A stretch of 50,116 bases of DNA from Saprospiraceae bacterium (GCA_022841345.1 JALHRR010000008.1:96994-147109), one strand, 5' to 3'; shown: positions 28,985 through 38,395, numbered from the stretch's first letter. Notes: generated from the sequence alone by a model not told the origin. Numbers and translations: made by a program.

Positions 28985-30124
28985 ATGTCAGACATCAAAT
29001 TTTCTCCTGAAGAACTCTCCCGATACAGCCGGCATATCATCATTCCGGAATTTAATCTGGAAGGCCAGAAAAAGTTGAAGGCAGCTAAAGTTCTGGTAAT
29101 CGGAAGCGGGGGGCTGGGAAGTCCTTTATTGCTTTATTTGGCAGCAGCCGGCGTTGGAACTATCGGAATTGTTGACTTTGATACTATCGATGACAGCAAC
29201 TTGCAAAGGCAGATTCTCTTCACAACAGATGATGTGGGAAAATTAAAAGCAAGCACTGCAGCGGAACGGATCAAAGCATTGAATCCATTCATACAGGTGA
29301 ATGTGCACAACACACATTTAACAAGTCAAAACGCTCTGGAAATCATCAAAGACTACGATGTCGTAGCAGATGGAACTGATAATTTTCCGACAAGATATTT
29401 GGTTAATGACGCTTGTGTTTTGCTGGATAAGGTAAATGTATATGCCTCCATATATCGGTTTGAAGGGCAATTGTCCGTTTTCAATCTTCCGCTCCCGGAT
29501 GGCAGGAGAGGGCCGAACTATCGGGACTTATTTCCTGAACCGCCACCTCCGGGATTAGTGCCCAGTTGTGCAGAGGGAGGAGTTTTGGGAGTGCTTCCGG
29601 GAATACTGGGCTCACTTCAGGCTGCGGAGGTCATCAAAGTAATCAGCAAAGTGGGTGAGCCATTGAGTGGAAAATTATTCACAATAGATGTGGCAGATTT
29701 TCAAACCCGAACTTTGAAAATTCACAAGCAGGAGAGTACCAAAATTGAGAAACTAATAGATTATGAATTATTCTGTGGACTAAAAAATGAAAATATGAGC
29801 AGCGAAGTAAAAGAAATAACGGTTGGACAACTGGCAGAATGGATTGAATCAGGCAAAGATTTTCAGTTGATCGATGTCAGAGAACCCCATGAATATGAGA
29901 TTGCGGAGATAGGCGGATTACTCATCCCATTGGCGCAAGTAATAGAAAATGCAGACAAAATATCGCAGGAAAAGCCGGTGGTCATCCACTGCAGAAGTGG
30001 TGTAAGAAGTGCAAAGGCGATCAGAGAATTGCAGGAATTGCATGGATGGGATCATCTGTACAATCTGAAAGGCGGCATTCTTGCCTGGGCTGATGAGATT
30101 GATCAGCTGGTTACGAAATATTGA
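28985..30124 (+). CDS. MoeZ-type E1: ThiF/MoeB adenylyltransferase fused to a C-terminal rhodanese domain
   Basis: Nucleotide-binding GSGGLGSP motif and two CxxC-like pairs in the E1 domain; C-terminal rhodanese with the active-site loop IHCRSGVRS; start taken at MSDIKFSPEEL (28985), downstream of the cysO stop. Confidence 0.85.
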   Translation: MSDIKFSPEELSRYSRHIIIPEFNLEGQKKLKAAKVLVIGSGGLGSPLLLYLAAAGVGTIGIVDFDTIDDSNLQRQILFTTDDVGKLKASTAAERIKALNPFIQVNVHNTHLTSQNALEIIKDYDVVADGTDNFPTRYLVNDACVLLDKVNVYASIYRFEGQLSVFNLPLPDGRRGPNYRDLFPEPPPPGLVPSCAEGGVLGVLPGILGSLQAAEVIKVISKVGEPLSGKLFTIDVADFQTRTLKIHKQESTKIEKLIDYELFCGLKNENMSSEVKEITVGQLAEWIESGKDFQLIDVREPHEYEIAEIGGLLIPLAQVIENADKISQEKPVVIHCRSGVRSAKAIRELQELHGWDHLYNLKGGILAWADEIDQLVTKY

Positions 30125-30160
30125 ATAATGTAAGTTGACAATAATTAACAAGTAAATATA

Positions 30161-30176
30161 ACCCCGAACGGGGTTT
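30161..30176 (+). terminator. weak hairpin (CCCCGAACGGGG + TTT) after moeZ
   Basis: Short GC stem and short T-run; may mark the operon end. Confidence 0.3.
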
Positions 30177-30254
30177 ACCAATCGTTAGCCCCGGATGAAA
30201 ATCAGGGTTCAATAAATAACAGCATCTGTTTTGGCGGCATTTTTGCCCGATGCA

Positions 30255-30292
30255 AAAATGACATGTCCCCAAAGCTTTGGTGGATGACAAAA
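30255..30292. repeat. partial copy of the GTCCCCAAAGCTTTGG palindromic repeat
   Basis: ACATGTCCCCAAAGCTTTGGTGGATGAC matches the repeat core. Confidence 0.5.
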
Positions 30293-30567
30293 CAAAGTTG
30301 ATGTAAGGAAAGAGTTTGTTCAAAGAAACTAATCCGTTAGGGTCGGAGTAGATAAGTATTTTTTATAAAGTTATGTTGATCTGTGAATTTTTGGTAGAAG
30401 GAGTTCTTCAATGGAAGGGCTCCTTTTTAAGAAGGCAAGAATGGGTTAAGGTTGATTAGAATTAAAAGGTTTAAGCCAAGCTAAATAGAAAGCATTTTTC
30501 ATAAATAACTGAAGATGTTTTGTAACAATAAATAATGTTTCTATATTTGGAAACCCATTGCAAGAAT

Positions 30568-30945
30568 ATGGCAAATATGGAAAAACCTATTGAAGTAATA
30601 TTCCTGAAACAGGCAGAAGAATTTACAGAGTCTATTGAAGAAAATCCCAAAAAGAAACTATTTCAGGCAATCCGAAAAACCAAAGAACGATTATTCGGAC
30701 AATGGTTTACTAAATTGAAAAGTAGTGACGGTATATTTGAGTTTCGAGTGGATGACAGTGGAAAATTTTATCGGCTTTTTGCATTTTGGGATACAGAAGA
30801 AGACGAAGAGACCTTGGTTGTGGCTACTCATGGCCTAATCAAAAAGACCAATAAAACACCACAATCGGAAATTCGGAAAGCAGAGCAGATAAAACGGGAC
30901 TACTTCGAAGAAAAGAAAAATGATAAAAAGAATAAATCAAAGTAA
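30568..30945 (+). CDS. type II toxin, RelE/ParE superfamily (HigB-like / phage Gp49-like addiction-module killer)
   Basis: The motif series IFEFRVDDSGKFYRLFAFWDTEE…LVVATHGLIKKTNKTPQSEIRKAEQIKRDY is characteristic of the Gp49/HigB-type toxin family, and an HTH antitoxin lies immediately downstream; start at MANMEKP. Confidence 0.7.
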   Translation: MANMEKPIEVIFLKQAEEFTESIEENPKKKLFQAIRKTKERLFGQWFTKLKSSDGIFEFRVDDSGKFYRLFAFWDTEEDEETLVVATHGLIKKTNKTPQSEIRKAEQIKRDYFEEKKNDKKNKSK

Positions 30946-30951
30946 ATAGCA

Positions 30952-31275
30952 ATGGCAACAAAAAAATATAAAACATTAGGTGAACTGGAAGATAGATTTT
31001 TCGGTGAACGTGGCACTTCTGTGAGAGAACAATATGAATTTGAACTCAGCATGGAGATATTGGGAGAAAAACTCAAGCAAATCCGGAAAGAAAAGCAATT
31101 GACCCAGGATGAGTTGGGGAAATTAATAGGAGTTCAAAAAGCCCAGATTTCAAAACTGGAGAACGGAGCAAGCAGTGCGACAGTTTCGACCATTTTGAAA
31201 GTGTTCAAAGCATTAAATGCCAAAGTGAAATTCCAGATTGAGATAGAAGATGGATACCAATTGGCCGTTTCATGA
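30952..31275 (+). CDS. HigA-like antitoxin, XRE-family HTH protein
   Basis: 107 aa with an HTH_3 motif (LTQDELGKLIGVQKAQISKLENG); starts 7 nt after the toxin. Confidence 0.75.
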   Translation: MATKKYKTLGELEDRFFGERGTSVREQYEFELSMEILGEKLKQIRKEKQLTQDELGKLIGVQKAQISKLENGASSATVSTILKVFKALNAKVKFQIEIEDGYQLAVS

Positions 31276-31353
31276 GTAAGGAAGTAAGCAAGTAATATCT
31301 TAACAAGCAATTCGAATGTAAATTGGGAATCGCGAATACTAAATGACAAAATT

Positions 31354-31661
31354 ATGAGCAAATTGAAAGATAAGAACTTGATGACACTTGAGGAGTTCAT
31401 AGTAAAAAACTACGGCAAAAATGGGATAAAACAGCGTGACGAATTAGAAGCAGGTTATGAAGCATTCAAAATCGGGGCGTTGATCCACGACCTCGTATCG
31501 ACATGGGGATGACACAAGAACAACTTGCACAAAAAGTGGGAACAACCAAATCTTACATTTCTAAAATCGAGAACGATATAAAAGAAGCACGCATTTCGAC
31601 CCTTCAAAAAATCATTGAACTTGGGTTTGGTGGGCGACTTGAATTGAATATAAAACTCTGA
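31354..31661 (+). pseudogene. second HigA-like XRE HTH gene interrupted by a 1-nt frameshift (or sequencing error)
   Basis: Frame 1 gives MSKLKDKNLMTLEEFIVKNYGKNGIKQRDELEAGYEAFKIGALIHDLVSTWG*. A shift near 31492 continues it as …MGMTQEQLAQKVGTTKSYISKIENDIKEARISTLQKIIELGFGGRLELNIKL*, and the joined product is a paralog of the 30952 antitoxin. Confidence 0.5.
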
Positions 31662-31756
31662 TGCGGTCGGCTTGAATAAAACCTTCTGTAGCGACATTTA
31701 CAGGTAAGCAGATAATAGTAAAGCGTTCGCATATTCAATCCACTTGAAAATATTCT

Positions 31757-31823
31757 CTTGCGGTGAAAAAATCAAATATTCACCGCAATTATGCGGTAAA
31801 TAAATTGTATATTTGCCGCATAG
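31757..31823 (+). promoter_or_regulatory. two operator-like inverted repeats upstream of the Fic gene
   Basis: TTGCGGTGAA–12 nt–TTCACCGCAA, then TATGCGGTAAAT–10 nt–ATTTGCCGCATA, ending 14 nt before the Fic ATG. Confidence 0.5.
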
Positions 31824-31836
31824 TTGATTTTGAACC

Positions 31837-32940
31837 ATGGCAAAATACATTTACGAACATAAAAACTGGCCAGACTTTACCTGGGATGATAAAGTCATCA
31901 ATTCGGTATTTGGTGAAGTTCGCTTAATGCAGGGCAAAATCATTGGACAAATGAACGCTCTTGGGTTTTCTGCTAAAGAGGAAGCGACACTGAACGCTTT
32001 GACCTTAGACATCGTCAAATCATCTGAAATAGAAGGCGAATTGCTCAACTATGATCAGGTACGTTCATCCATTGCAAGACGCCTAGGAATCAACACTGCA
32101 GGGCTTGTACCGGGTAGCCGGCACATAGAAGGCATTGTAGAAATGATGCTGGATGCTACTCAACGCTACAAATTACCTATAACCGAAAAACGTTTGTGTG
32201 GTTGGCACGCAGCACTTTTTCCCACAGGATATAGCGGGCCTTACAAGATAGAAGTGGGTAGATATCGTACAGGTGAAATGCAGGTAGTTTCCGGAGCCAT
32301 GGGTAAAGAAAAAGTACATTACGAAGCAGTAAAACCTGCACTTGTAAAAGCGGAAATGGACAAATTAATAAATTGGTTCAACAATGACACTACACTTGAT
32401 CCTGTGCTAAAAGCTGCCATCGCTCACTTTTGGTTTATCATCATCCACCCCTTTGATGACGGAAACGGCCGGATTGCCAGGGCTATAAGCGATATGTTGC
32501 TTGCCCGTTCCGAAAATAGTGGCGAACGATTTTACAGTATGTCTAACCAAATTTTAGCAGAACGCAAACGCTATTACGAAATATTGCAAAAAGTACAACA
32601 CAGCTCAGGCGACATTACCGGATGGATCGAATGGTTTTTACATTGCCTGAAAAACGCAATACTTGCCACCGAACAAACGACACAAAAAATATTGCGTAAA
32701 GCTGAATTTTGGAAGCGGCATGAACAGACATCCATCAACGAACGACAGCGCATTATGCTCAACAAACTTTTTGACGGATTTGAAGGGAAATTGCAAACCT
32801 CCAAATGGGCAAAAATCACCAAAACCTCTACTGATACCGCATTACGGGATATAAAAGACCTGATAGAAAAAGGTATTTTACAACAAACAGACGAAGGTGG
32901 GCGAAGCGTTAATTATGAATTGACAGACTTTAAACGTTAG
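31837..32940 (+). CDS. Fic-family protein (class II, AMPylation-type) with C-terminal winged-helix domain
   Basis: Complete Fic motif HPFDDGNGRIARA; N-terminal inhibitory-helix motif SSEIEG ([ST]xxxE[GN]) upstream of the core. Confidence 0.88.
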   Translation: MAKYIYEHKNWPDFTWDDKVINSVFGEVRLMQGKIIGQMNALGFSAKEEATLNALTLDIVKSSEIEGELLNYDQVRSSIARRLGINTAGLVPGSRHIEGIVEMMLDATQRYKLPITEKRLCGWHAALFPTGYSGPYKIEVGRYRTGEMQVVSGAMGKEKVHYEAVKPALVKAEMDKLINWFNNDTTLDPVLKAAIAHFWFIIIHPFDDGNGRIARAISDMLLARSENSGERFYSMSNQILAERKRYYEILQKVQHSSGDITGWIEWFLHCLKNAILATEQTTQKILRKAEFWKRHEQTSINERQRIMLNKLFDGFEGKLQTSKWAKITKTSTDTALRDIKDLIEKGILQQTDEGGRSVNYELTDFKR

Positions 32941-33239
32941 TAATCATGAAAAATCAAAACTTCAGATTCCAAACCAATTAGCACTTTTAACGCATCATAT
33001 ATTAAAACTCAGTCGTATCTGGTAGATAGCTTGGGAAGTATTCCGCTTCAATCAATCATCTTATAGCACCAGAGCAATGAAAACATTAATCATCACTTCT
33101 ATACTTATTCTTCTTTCCTTTGGTGGTAATGTCGTTGACTTGGAGTTTTTTACAGAAATGAATAATTGATATAAACAATGGAATACTGAAAAAATAAGTG
33201 CAGAAGATAGATGTTTTTCCCCATTTTTAAAATCTAAAA

Positions 33240-33653
33240 TTGAACCAGAATAGGAAATATTATTACTTTCCAGGATTAATAAGTTTGGTCCTAATTCCCC
33301 TCATGTGTATTTGGTTTATTTACACTAATATTGGCTTTATGCAAGAGAGAGTTATTGAGTTCAATTTGTCAAGGAGAGGACTACCGGAGAGAAATTATGA
33401 AAAGTTTGTTGTTGATAGTGATTCATCAAAAACGAACCAACAATTAGATTCTGTAAGGCAAAGAATGAAATCCATATTGGAAAAAAATGACACAATAAAT
33501 GGAGTCAATCTCAACTTTTCAAGTTCAGCCAGCTATAATTCATTTATAAAATCTTTAGATATGATTTCAGAAAATGATTATAAATATTGGGCAGTTGAAG
33601 CAAACAATATTTGGATACTAGACCTCCCAAAAAATAAAGGAAAAATATCCTGA
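33240..33653 (+). CDS. hypothetical membrane-anchored protein
   Basis: 137-aa ORF with a single N-terminal TM helix in a very AT-rich region; no recognisable domain. Confidence 0.35.
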   Translation: MNQNRKYYYFPGLISLVLIPLMCIWFIYTNIGFMQERVIEFNLSRRGLPERNYEKFVVDSDSSKTNQQLDSVRQRMKSILEKNDTINGVNLNFSSSASYNSFIKSLDMISENDYKYWAVEANNIWILDLPKNKGKIS

Positions 33654-34116
33654 AATAGAAAATAAATTTTTTTCCTGTGGAACGGGAAGGTTTAATACAG
33701 AGCCTGAAATTAGTTTGAAGGATTTTATTCTATTAGAAGTGAGTATATACAGGGAGCATTGTTTTGTTCTTTTAGGCTACGAGATGTTGTTAATAATTTC
33801 AATATGGAAAATGATAAGAAATGCTTCCAATATTTTATAGTGTCAGTACCAGATGATTCGCTAGTAGGACATTATTCAACTTTCGAAATGCATCGCTGTA
33901 ATCCCAAATTTGAAATTTAACGCATTACTTAAAACTTTCGTAGTGTGAGCAAATTCAATTGAGCTATAGTAAAATCATAACTATGCCATAAGCTCATTCA
34001 ATGTTAATCTGATTCCCCAAACCCCCGTTTCACAAATTTCCCAGCCATAATTAGTGATAAACAACATATCCGCTTATATTTGGCTGGTTCAATTCCAATC
34101 CAAATAAAGTACAGAC

Positions 34117-35712
34117 ATGACACTTACTACGCTCGATCTGGTGATTTTTATCAGCTACATCATTGCGATGATGTCCATTGGTCTTTTAATGGCCCGAAGC
34201 AAGAAGACGGAGAATTCTGAAGATTATTTTCTTGCCGGTAAAGAGCTCCCCTGGTGGGCGGTGGGTGGCTCATTGATTGCATCCAATATCTCCGCAGAAC
34301 AGATGATTGGTATGGCAGGATCCGGGTTTGTGATCGGGATGGCTATTTCATCTTATGAGCTGATGGCAGCTGCGACATTGCTGGTGGTGGCCAAGTTTTT
34401 TCTTCCCGCATTTGTCAAAAATAAAATCACAACCATGCCTCAGTTTGTCGAGCGCAGGTTCGATGGTCGCGTCCGGACAGGGCTGGCAGTGTTCTGGGTG
34501 ATGCTTTTCATATTTGTAAACATTACTTCTTTGTTTTATTTGGGTGGTCTGGCTATTTCAAAAATCATGGATGTTCCATTGACTTTTGCTATTGTCGGTC
34601 TTGCCATTTATTCAGCTTCATTCTCCATTTTCGGTGGCTTAAGAGTTGTGGTTTGGACGGATGTGATTCAGGTGATCGTACTGGTTCTAGGAGGGACAAT
34701 GGCATCTTATATGGCGCTCAATGCGCTCAGCGGAGGAGAGGGTGTCATGGCAGGAATGCAGGAACTGTTCCAGAGAGCGCCGGAAAAATTCAACATGATC
34801 TTTGAAAAGGACGATACCTATGTGGACATTCAGACAGGAAAAACGGAATCTTCCTATGCCTTGCTTCCCGGTATTGCGGTACTGATAGGCGGTATGTGGA
34901 TTGCCAATTTATACTATTGGGGGATCAATCAATACATTATTCAAAGAGCATTAGCGGCCAAGAGTATTCAGGAAGCACAAAAGGGATTGGTATTTGCTGC
35001 ATTTATAAAAGTTTTTATGCCATTCATTGTGGTACTTCCGGGTATTGTGGCATTTGTCATGCAGGCAGATATTCAAAAAGCTGATGAAGCTTATCCATGG
35101 ATTCTGAGTAATTATGTGACGAGTGGATTCAGGGGAATTGCATTGGCGGCATTGGTTGCGGCTATCGGTTCATCTATCAGTTCTATGGCCAATAGTGCAT
35201 CGACAATCTATACTTTAGATATCCACAGAGTTTTGATCAGAAGAAATGTGAGTGAAAAATCTCTGGTGAAAATCGGACAAATTACTGCGGGCGCAACTCT
35301 GGTAATCGGTGTATTAATGACTCCATTGCTGGAGAATTTTGGACAAGTATTCCAGTTTATTCAGGAGTATACTGGATTTGTGAGCCCGGGTATTCTGTGC
35401 ATTTTCATGTTTGGTTTGTTCTGGAAACGGACCACTACCAATGCCGCATTAGTTGTACTGACAATCTCCATTCCATTGTCGTTGGCCCTTAAGTTTTTCT
35501 TCCCGGAATGGGCATTCCTGAACAGAATGGGCGTTTCCTTCCTGCTTCTTTCATTCCTTATGATTGTGATTTCATACATGGGTAAGCCACCGTCCGAACA
35601 ACAAAAAGAGATGGTAACTGATCCTTCATATTATAAGACCACCAATAGTTTCAACATCTTAAGCATCATTTTATTAAGTATCCTGGCTGCCATTTATGCT
35701 ATTTTGTGGTAG
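34117..35712 (+). CDS. sodium:solute symporter (SSS) family transporter
   Basis: 531 aa, 13-14 TM helices, SSS-family N-terminal pattern (LAGKELPWWAVGGSLIASNISAEQMIGMAGSG). Confidence 0.85.
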   Translation: MTLTTLDLVIFISYIIAMMSIGLLMARSKKTENSEDYFLAGKELPWWAVGGSLIASNISAEQMIGMAGSGFVIGMAISSYELMAAATLLVVAKFFLPAFVKNKITTMPQFVERRFDGRVRTGLAVFWVMLFIFVNITSLFYLGGLAISKIMDVPLTFAIVGLAIYSASFSIFGGLRVVVWTDVIQVIVLVLGGTMASYMALNALSGGEGVMAGMQELFQRAPEKFNMIFEKDDTYVDIQTGKTESSYALLPGIAVLIGGMWIANLYYWGINQYIIQRALAAKSIQEAQKGLVFAAFIKVFMPFIVVLPGIVAFVMQADIQKADEAYPWILSNYVTSGFRGIALAALVAAIGSSISSMANSASTIYTLDIHRVLIRRNVSEKSLVKIGQITAGATLVIGVLMTPLLENFGQVFQFIQEYTGFVSPGILCIFMFGLFWKRTTTNAALVVLTISIPLSLALKFFFPEWAFLNRMGVSFLLLSFLMIVISYMGKPPSEQQKEMVTDPSYYKTTNSFNILSIILLSILAAIYAILW

Positions 35713-35767
35713 TCAAATGATATACTGAACACAAAGTATCAGTATCTTTTCCAAACAGAACTGACTC

Positions 35768-36877
35768 ATGGATCTTGTGTTCATTCTTATACTATCGGTC
35801 ATTGCAGGCTTCTATGTTATCATGCAGGCTGTCTATGCATGGGCCTGGCTGACTTATCCTCGTCAGAATTCAAAGTCTTTGGAAGAGTATCCGGCAGTTA
35901 CTGTTCTCATTGCTTTTAGAAATGAGGCAAAGCATTTGGGAGTATGCATTCAGGGGATTTTGAATCAAAACTATCCTGCTGAAAAACTGAATATCCTACT
36001 TTTGAATGACCATTCTGCTGATGATTCAGTCAAATCTATCTCAGTTTATTTGCAATATCCGAATGTCAGGTTGATTGATATGCCACCTCAAATTCAGGGG
36101 AAAAAGCAGAGTATTGCCTTTGGATTAAGTGAAGTGCAAACAGCCTATGTGTTATTCACAGATGCTGATTGTGTGGGGGGGCCAGGGTGGATCAATCATA
36201 TGATGGAAGCAATGATTTCCTCCAATGCGCATGCCATTTGTGGGCCTGTGGAGGTGCGCAATGAGTCAAATTTGCTGGAACAATTTCAGGCACTGGATTT
36301 CGCCGGGATGATGGCCATCACCGCAGTATCCATGAGGTATAAATGGTTTTACCTCGCGAATGGCGCAAACATGCTGATTCGAAGGGAAGCATTGGATATG
36401 GCTAATATATCCTGGCAGGAAGCATATGCTTCGGGAGATGATATGTCTCTTATTTCTCATCTTCAAAAAAAGCACTCAACGATTCAATTTGCCAAAGATA
36501 AATCTGCCATTGTGCGTACTGCTGCTCAATCCAATTTGCCGGACTTCTTTCATCAAAGGTTACGCTGGGGCACAAAAAACAAAAGCAGCACAAGCAAGTT
36601 TATGTTGATTCAGCTTGGACTGGCTTATATAGTATCGGTAATTTCACTCGCTTCGCTCACAGCTCTGATTTTCGAACCTTTCCTTATCTTCATTATCTTA
36701 CTCAAGCTTACAGGTGATTTGATACTATTAACCGCAGTGTCTCCTTTCTTCAGAAAACAGGCACATTTGATAAAAATACCTGTTTTCTCTATCATGCATA
36801 GTACGTATATTGCTGTGATTGGGACACTCAGTTTGCTGCCTCTGCGTTATCAGTGGAAGGGTAGAATTGTGAAATGA
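35768..36877 (+). CDS. family 2 glycosyltransferase, membrane-integrated (processive type with QxxRW motif)
   Basis: GT-A fold motifs (DHSADDS, TDADC) and QRLRWGTK, followed by C-terminal TM helices. Confidence 0.8.
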   Translation: MDLVFILILSVIAGFYVIMQAVYAWAWLTYPRQNSKSLEEYPAVTVLIAFRNEAKHLGVCIQGILNQNYPAEKLNILLLNDHSADDSVKSISVYLQYPNVRLIDMPPQIQGKKQSIAFGLSEVQTAYVLFTDADCVGGPGWINHMMEAMISSNAHAICGPVEVRNESNLLEQFQALDFAGMMAITAVSMRYKWFYLANGANMLIRREALDMANISWQEAYASGDDMSLISHLQKKHSTIQFAKDKSAIVRTAAQSNLPDFFHQRLRWGTKNKSSTSKFMLIQLGLAYIVSVISLASLTALIFEPFLIFIILLKLTGDLILLTAVSPFFRKQAHLIKIPVFSIMHSTYIAVIGTLSLLPLRYQWKGRIVK

Positions 36878-36901
36878 TGTTTAATTAATAATGAAATCCG
36901 G

Positions 36902-37417
36902 ATGATCACACTGTTTGATATAAAAATAGAAACTCCTATCGGCATGCTGGAAGCCAGCACTACTGATAATGGAATTTACCGGATTCATTTTTTGGACGAC
37001 ACACCTGACGAAGAAGTTAATCCGATCATCCTCACCAAAAAAGCGGAATCCAGGCATCATGTGCATCCATATCTCCATGAACTTCAAATTCAAATGGAAG
37101 CCTACTTTTCCAGAAAGCAAACGAGTTTTAATCTTCCCCTAGACTTTCAGGGAACTCCTTTCCAGAAAAAAGTTTGGAATGAGTTATTAAAGATTCCATA
37201 CGGTAAAACCCGGTCTTATCTTGAACAAACTAAGGCTCTGGGTGATCCACTTGCGATCAGAGCAGTAGCAAGTGCAAATGGTAAAAATCCTATTGCCATT
37301 GTGGTGCCTTGCCACCGGGTAATTGGTTCTGATGGAAGCCTCACAGGATATGCTGGTGGATTGCAGAGGAAGAGGTGGTTGCTGGATTTTGAGTTTGGAC
37401 AGATGAGTATGTTGTGA
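36902..37417 (+). CDS. ogt: methylated-DNA--protein-cysteine methyltransferase
   Basis: Active-site motif VPCHRVIGSDGSLTGY (PCHRV). Confidence 0.9.
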   Translation: MITLFDIKIETPIGMLEASTTDNGIYRIHFLDDTPDEEVNPIILTKKAESRHHVHPYLHELQIQMEAYFSRKQTSFNLPLDFQGTPFQKKVWNELLKIPYGKTRSYLEQTKALGDPLAIRAVASANGKNPIAIVVPCHRVIGSDGSLTGYAGGLQRKRWLLDFEFGQMSML

Positions 37418-37519
37418 TAAATTCAGCTAGTCCTACTGTTCTTAAGTCGACAACTTTGCAGTATCGCTTTGATATAAGCTTCTTTTACTTTTGTCTTGAT
37501 ACAAAAGTAACAATCCCCT

Positions 37520-37545
37520 CCCCAAAGCTTTGGGGATTGGGGACA
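37520..37545. repeat. palindromic repeat copy TCCCCAAAGCTTTGGGGATTGGGGACAAGG
   Basis: Exact match to the palindrome core. Confidence 0.6.
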
Positions 37546-37864
37546 AGGCTGTTTAAACTTTCCTTGTTTTCTACGCTGATCTCCACCCAGCGCATGCAAA
37601 GCCGCTCGCCTATTAGTTTCTGTTGTGGATTTAAGAAGTTTTTATCAGAACAAAATCTGGCGAGGGACGAAACTCTCTCCTTAGCTCGACTTCTGTGCCT
37701 GCTTGCTAGAGTAATCAGTGTTGCCTCCTCAGAGCGCTCGAGAGACCGAGCTTCTTCGTCGGTTCGCTTCCTTGTAAAGTACATTTAGTACTTTCCTGCG
37801 TCGCTCATGGAAATTTTAAAAGGCCAAATAAAACCGCCCTCAAAAGCCGATGGTCTAAGTCTGT

Positions 37865-38395
37865 GACTTAGATCCCATAAATCATGAATTTGTAATTCAT
37901 CTACGACACATCCACCTCTTAAAACAAAATGGCTGTTAACTCATCATTCATAACTCCCCCAGCTGTTCACTTAGACCTGATCCTTTATACCTTATGCCTT
38001 CTTTGAAATCTTAATACTCCGATGGTCGTCCCCAAAGCTTTGGGGAGCGACTTCGATCCAATATCTCATGAATTTGCAATTCATCTACGACACATCCACT
38101 TCTACATACCCATCGGCTGTTATTGGCTGTTGCCGGCTGATTACTAAACTTCTAATCTTCTAAACTCCTCGACTAATCTCCCCCATAACTCCCACTGGCT
38201 GTTCACTTATGCCTAATGCCTTACACCTTATTCCAGTAGTTCTCATCTCTCATATCTGGCTGTGTTTCACTCATCATTCACCGCGAGGTTCCGCTTTGCT
38301 TCACTACGAGGTCCTGCGGATAACTCATCATTCATAACTCCGCCCCGTCTGTCATCTCATCTCTTATCTCTCATCTCTAAATACCTCTTCTGAAT
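37865..38395. repeat. two consecutive copies of the modular intergenic repeat (CATGAATTTG(T/C)AATTCATCTACGAC palindrome, GTCCCCAAAGCTTTGGGGA, GGCTGTT…CATAACTC modules)
   Basis: 37870-37990 and 38030-38150 share about 90% identity in the palindrome + ATCATGAATTTG…CATCTACGACACATCCAC segment; heptamer-type units (TCATAACTCC) recur at 37950 and 38330. Confidence 0.75.

Noticed and set aside
33071-33160. 29-codon ORF MKTLIITSILILLSFGGNVVDLEFFTEMNN with signal-peptide-like start
   Set aside because: Too short and unsupported by any motif or context; it occurs in very AT-rich DNA, where such ORFs arise by chance. Noted only as a possible small secreted peptide.
37485-37784. 99-aa minus-strand ORF in the ogt–DMT gap
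   Set aside because: It lies within repeat or unique non-coding sequence and has an Arg/Ser/Glu-rich low-complexity product, no start context and no domain; more likely non-coding.
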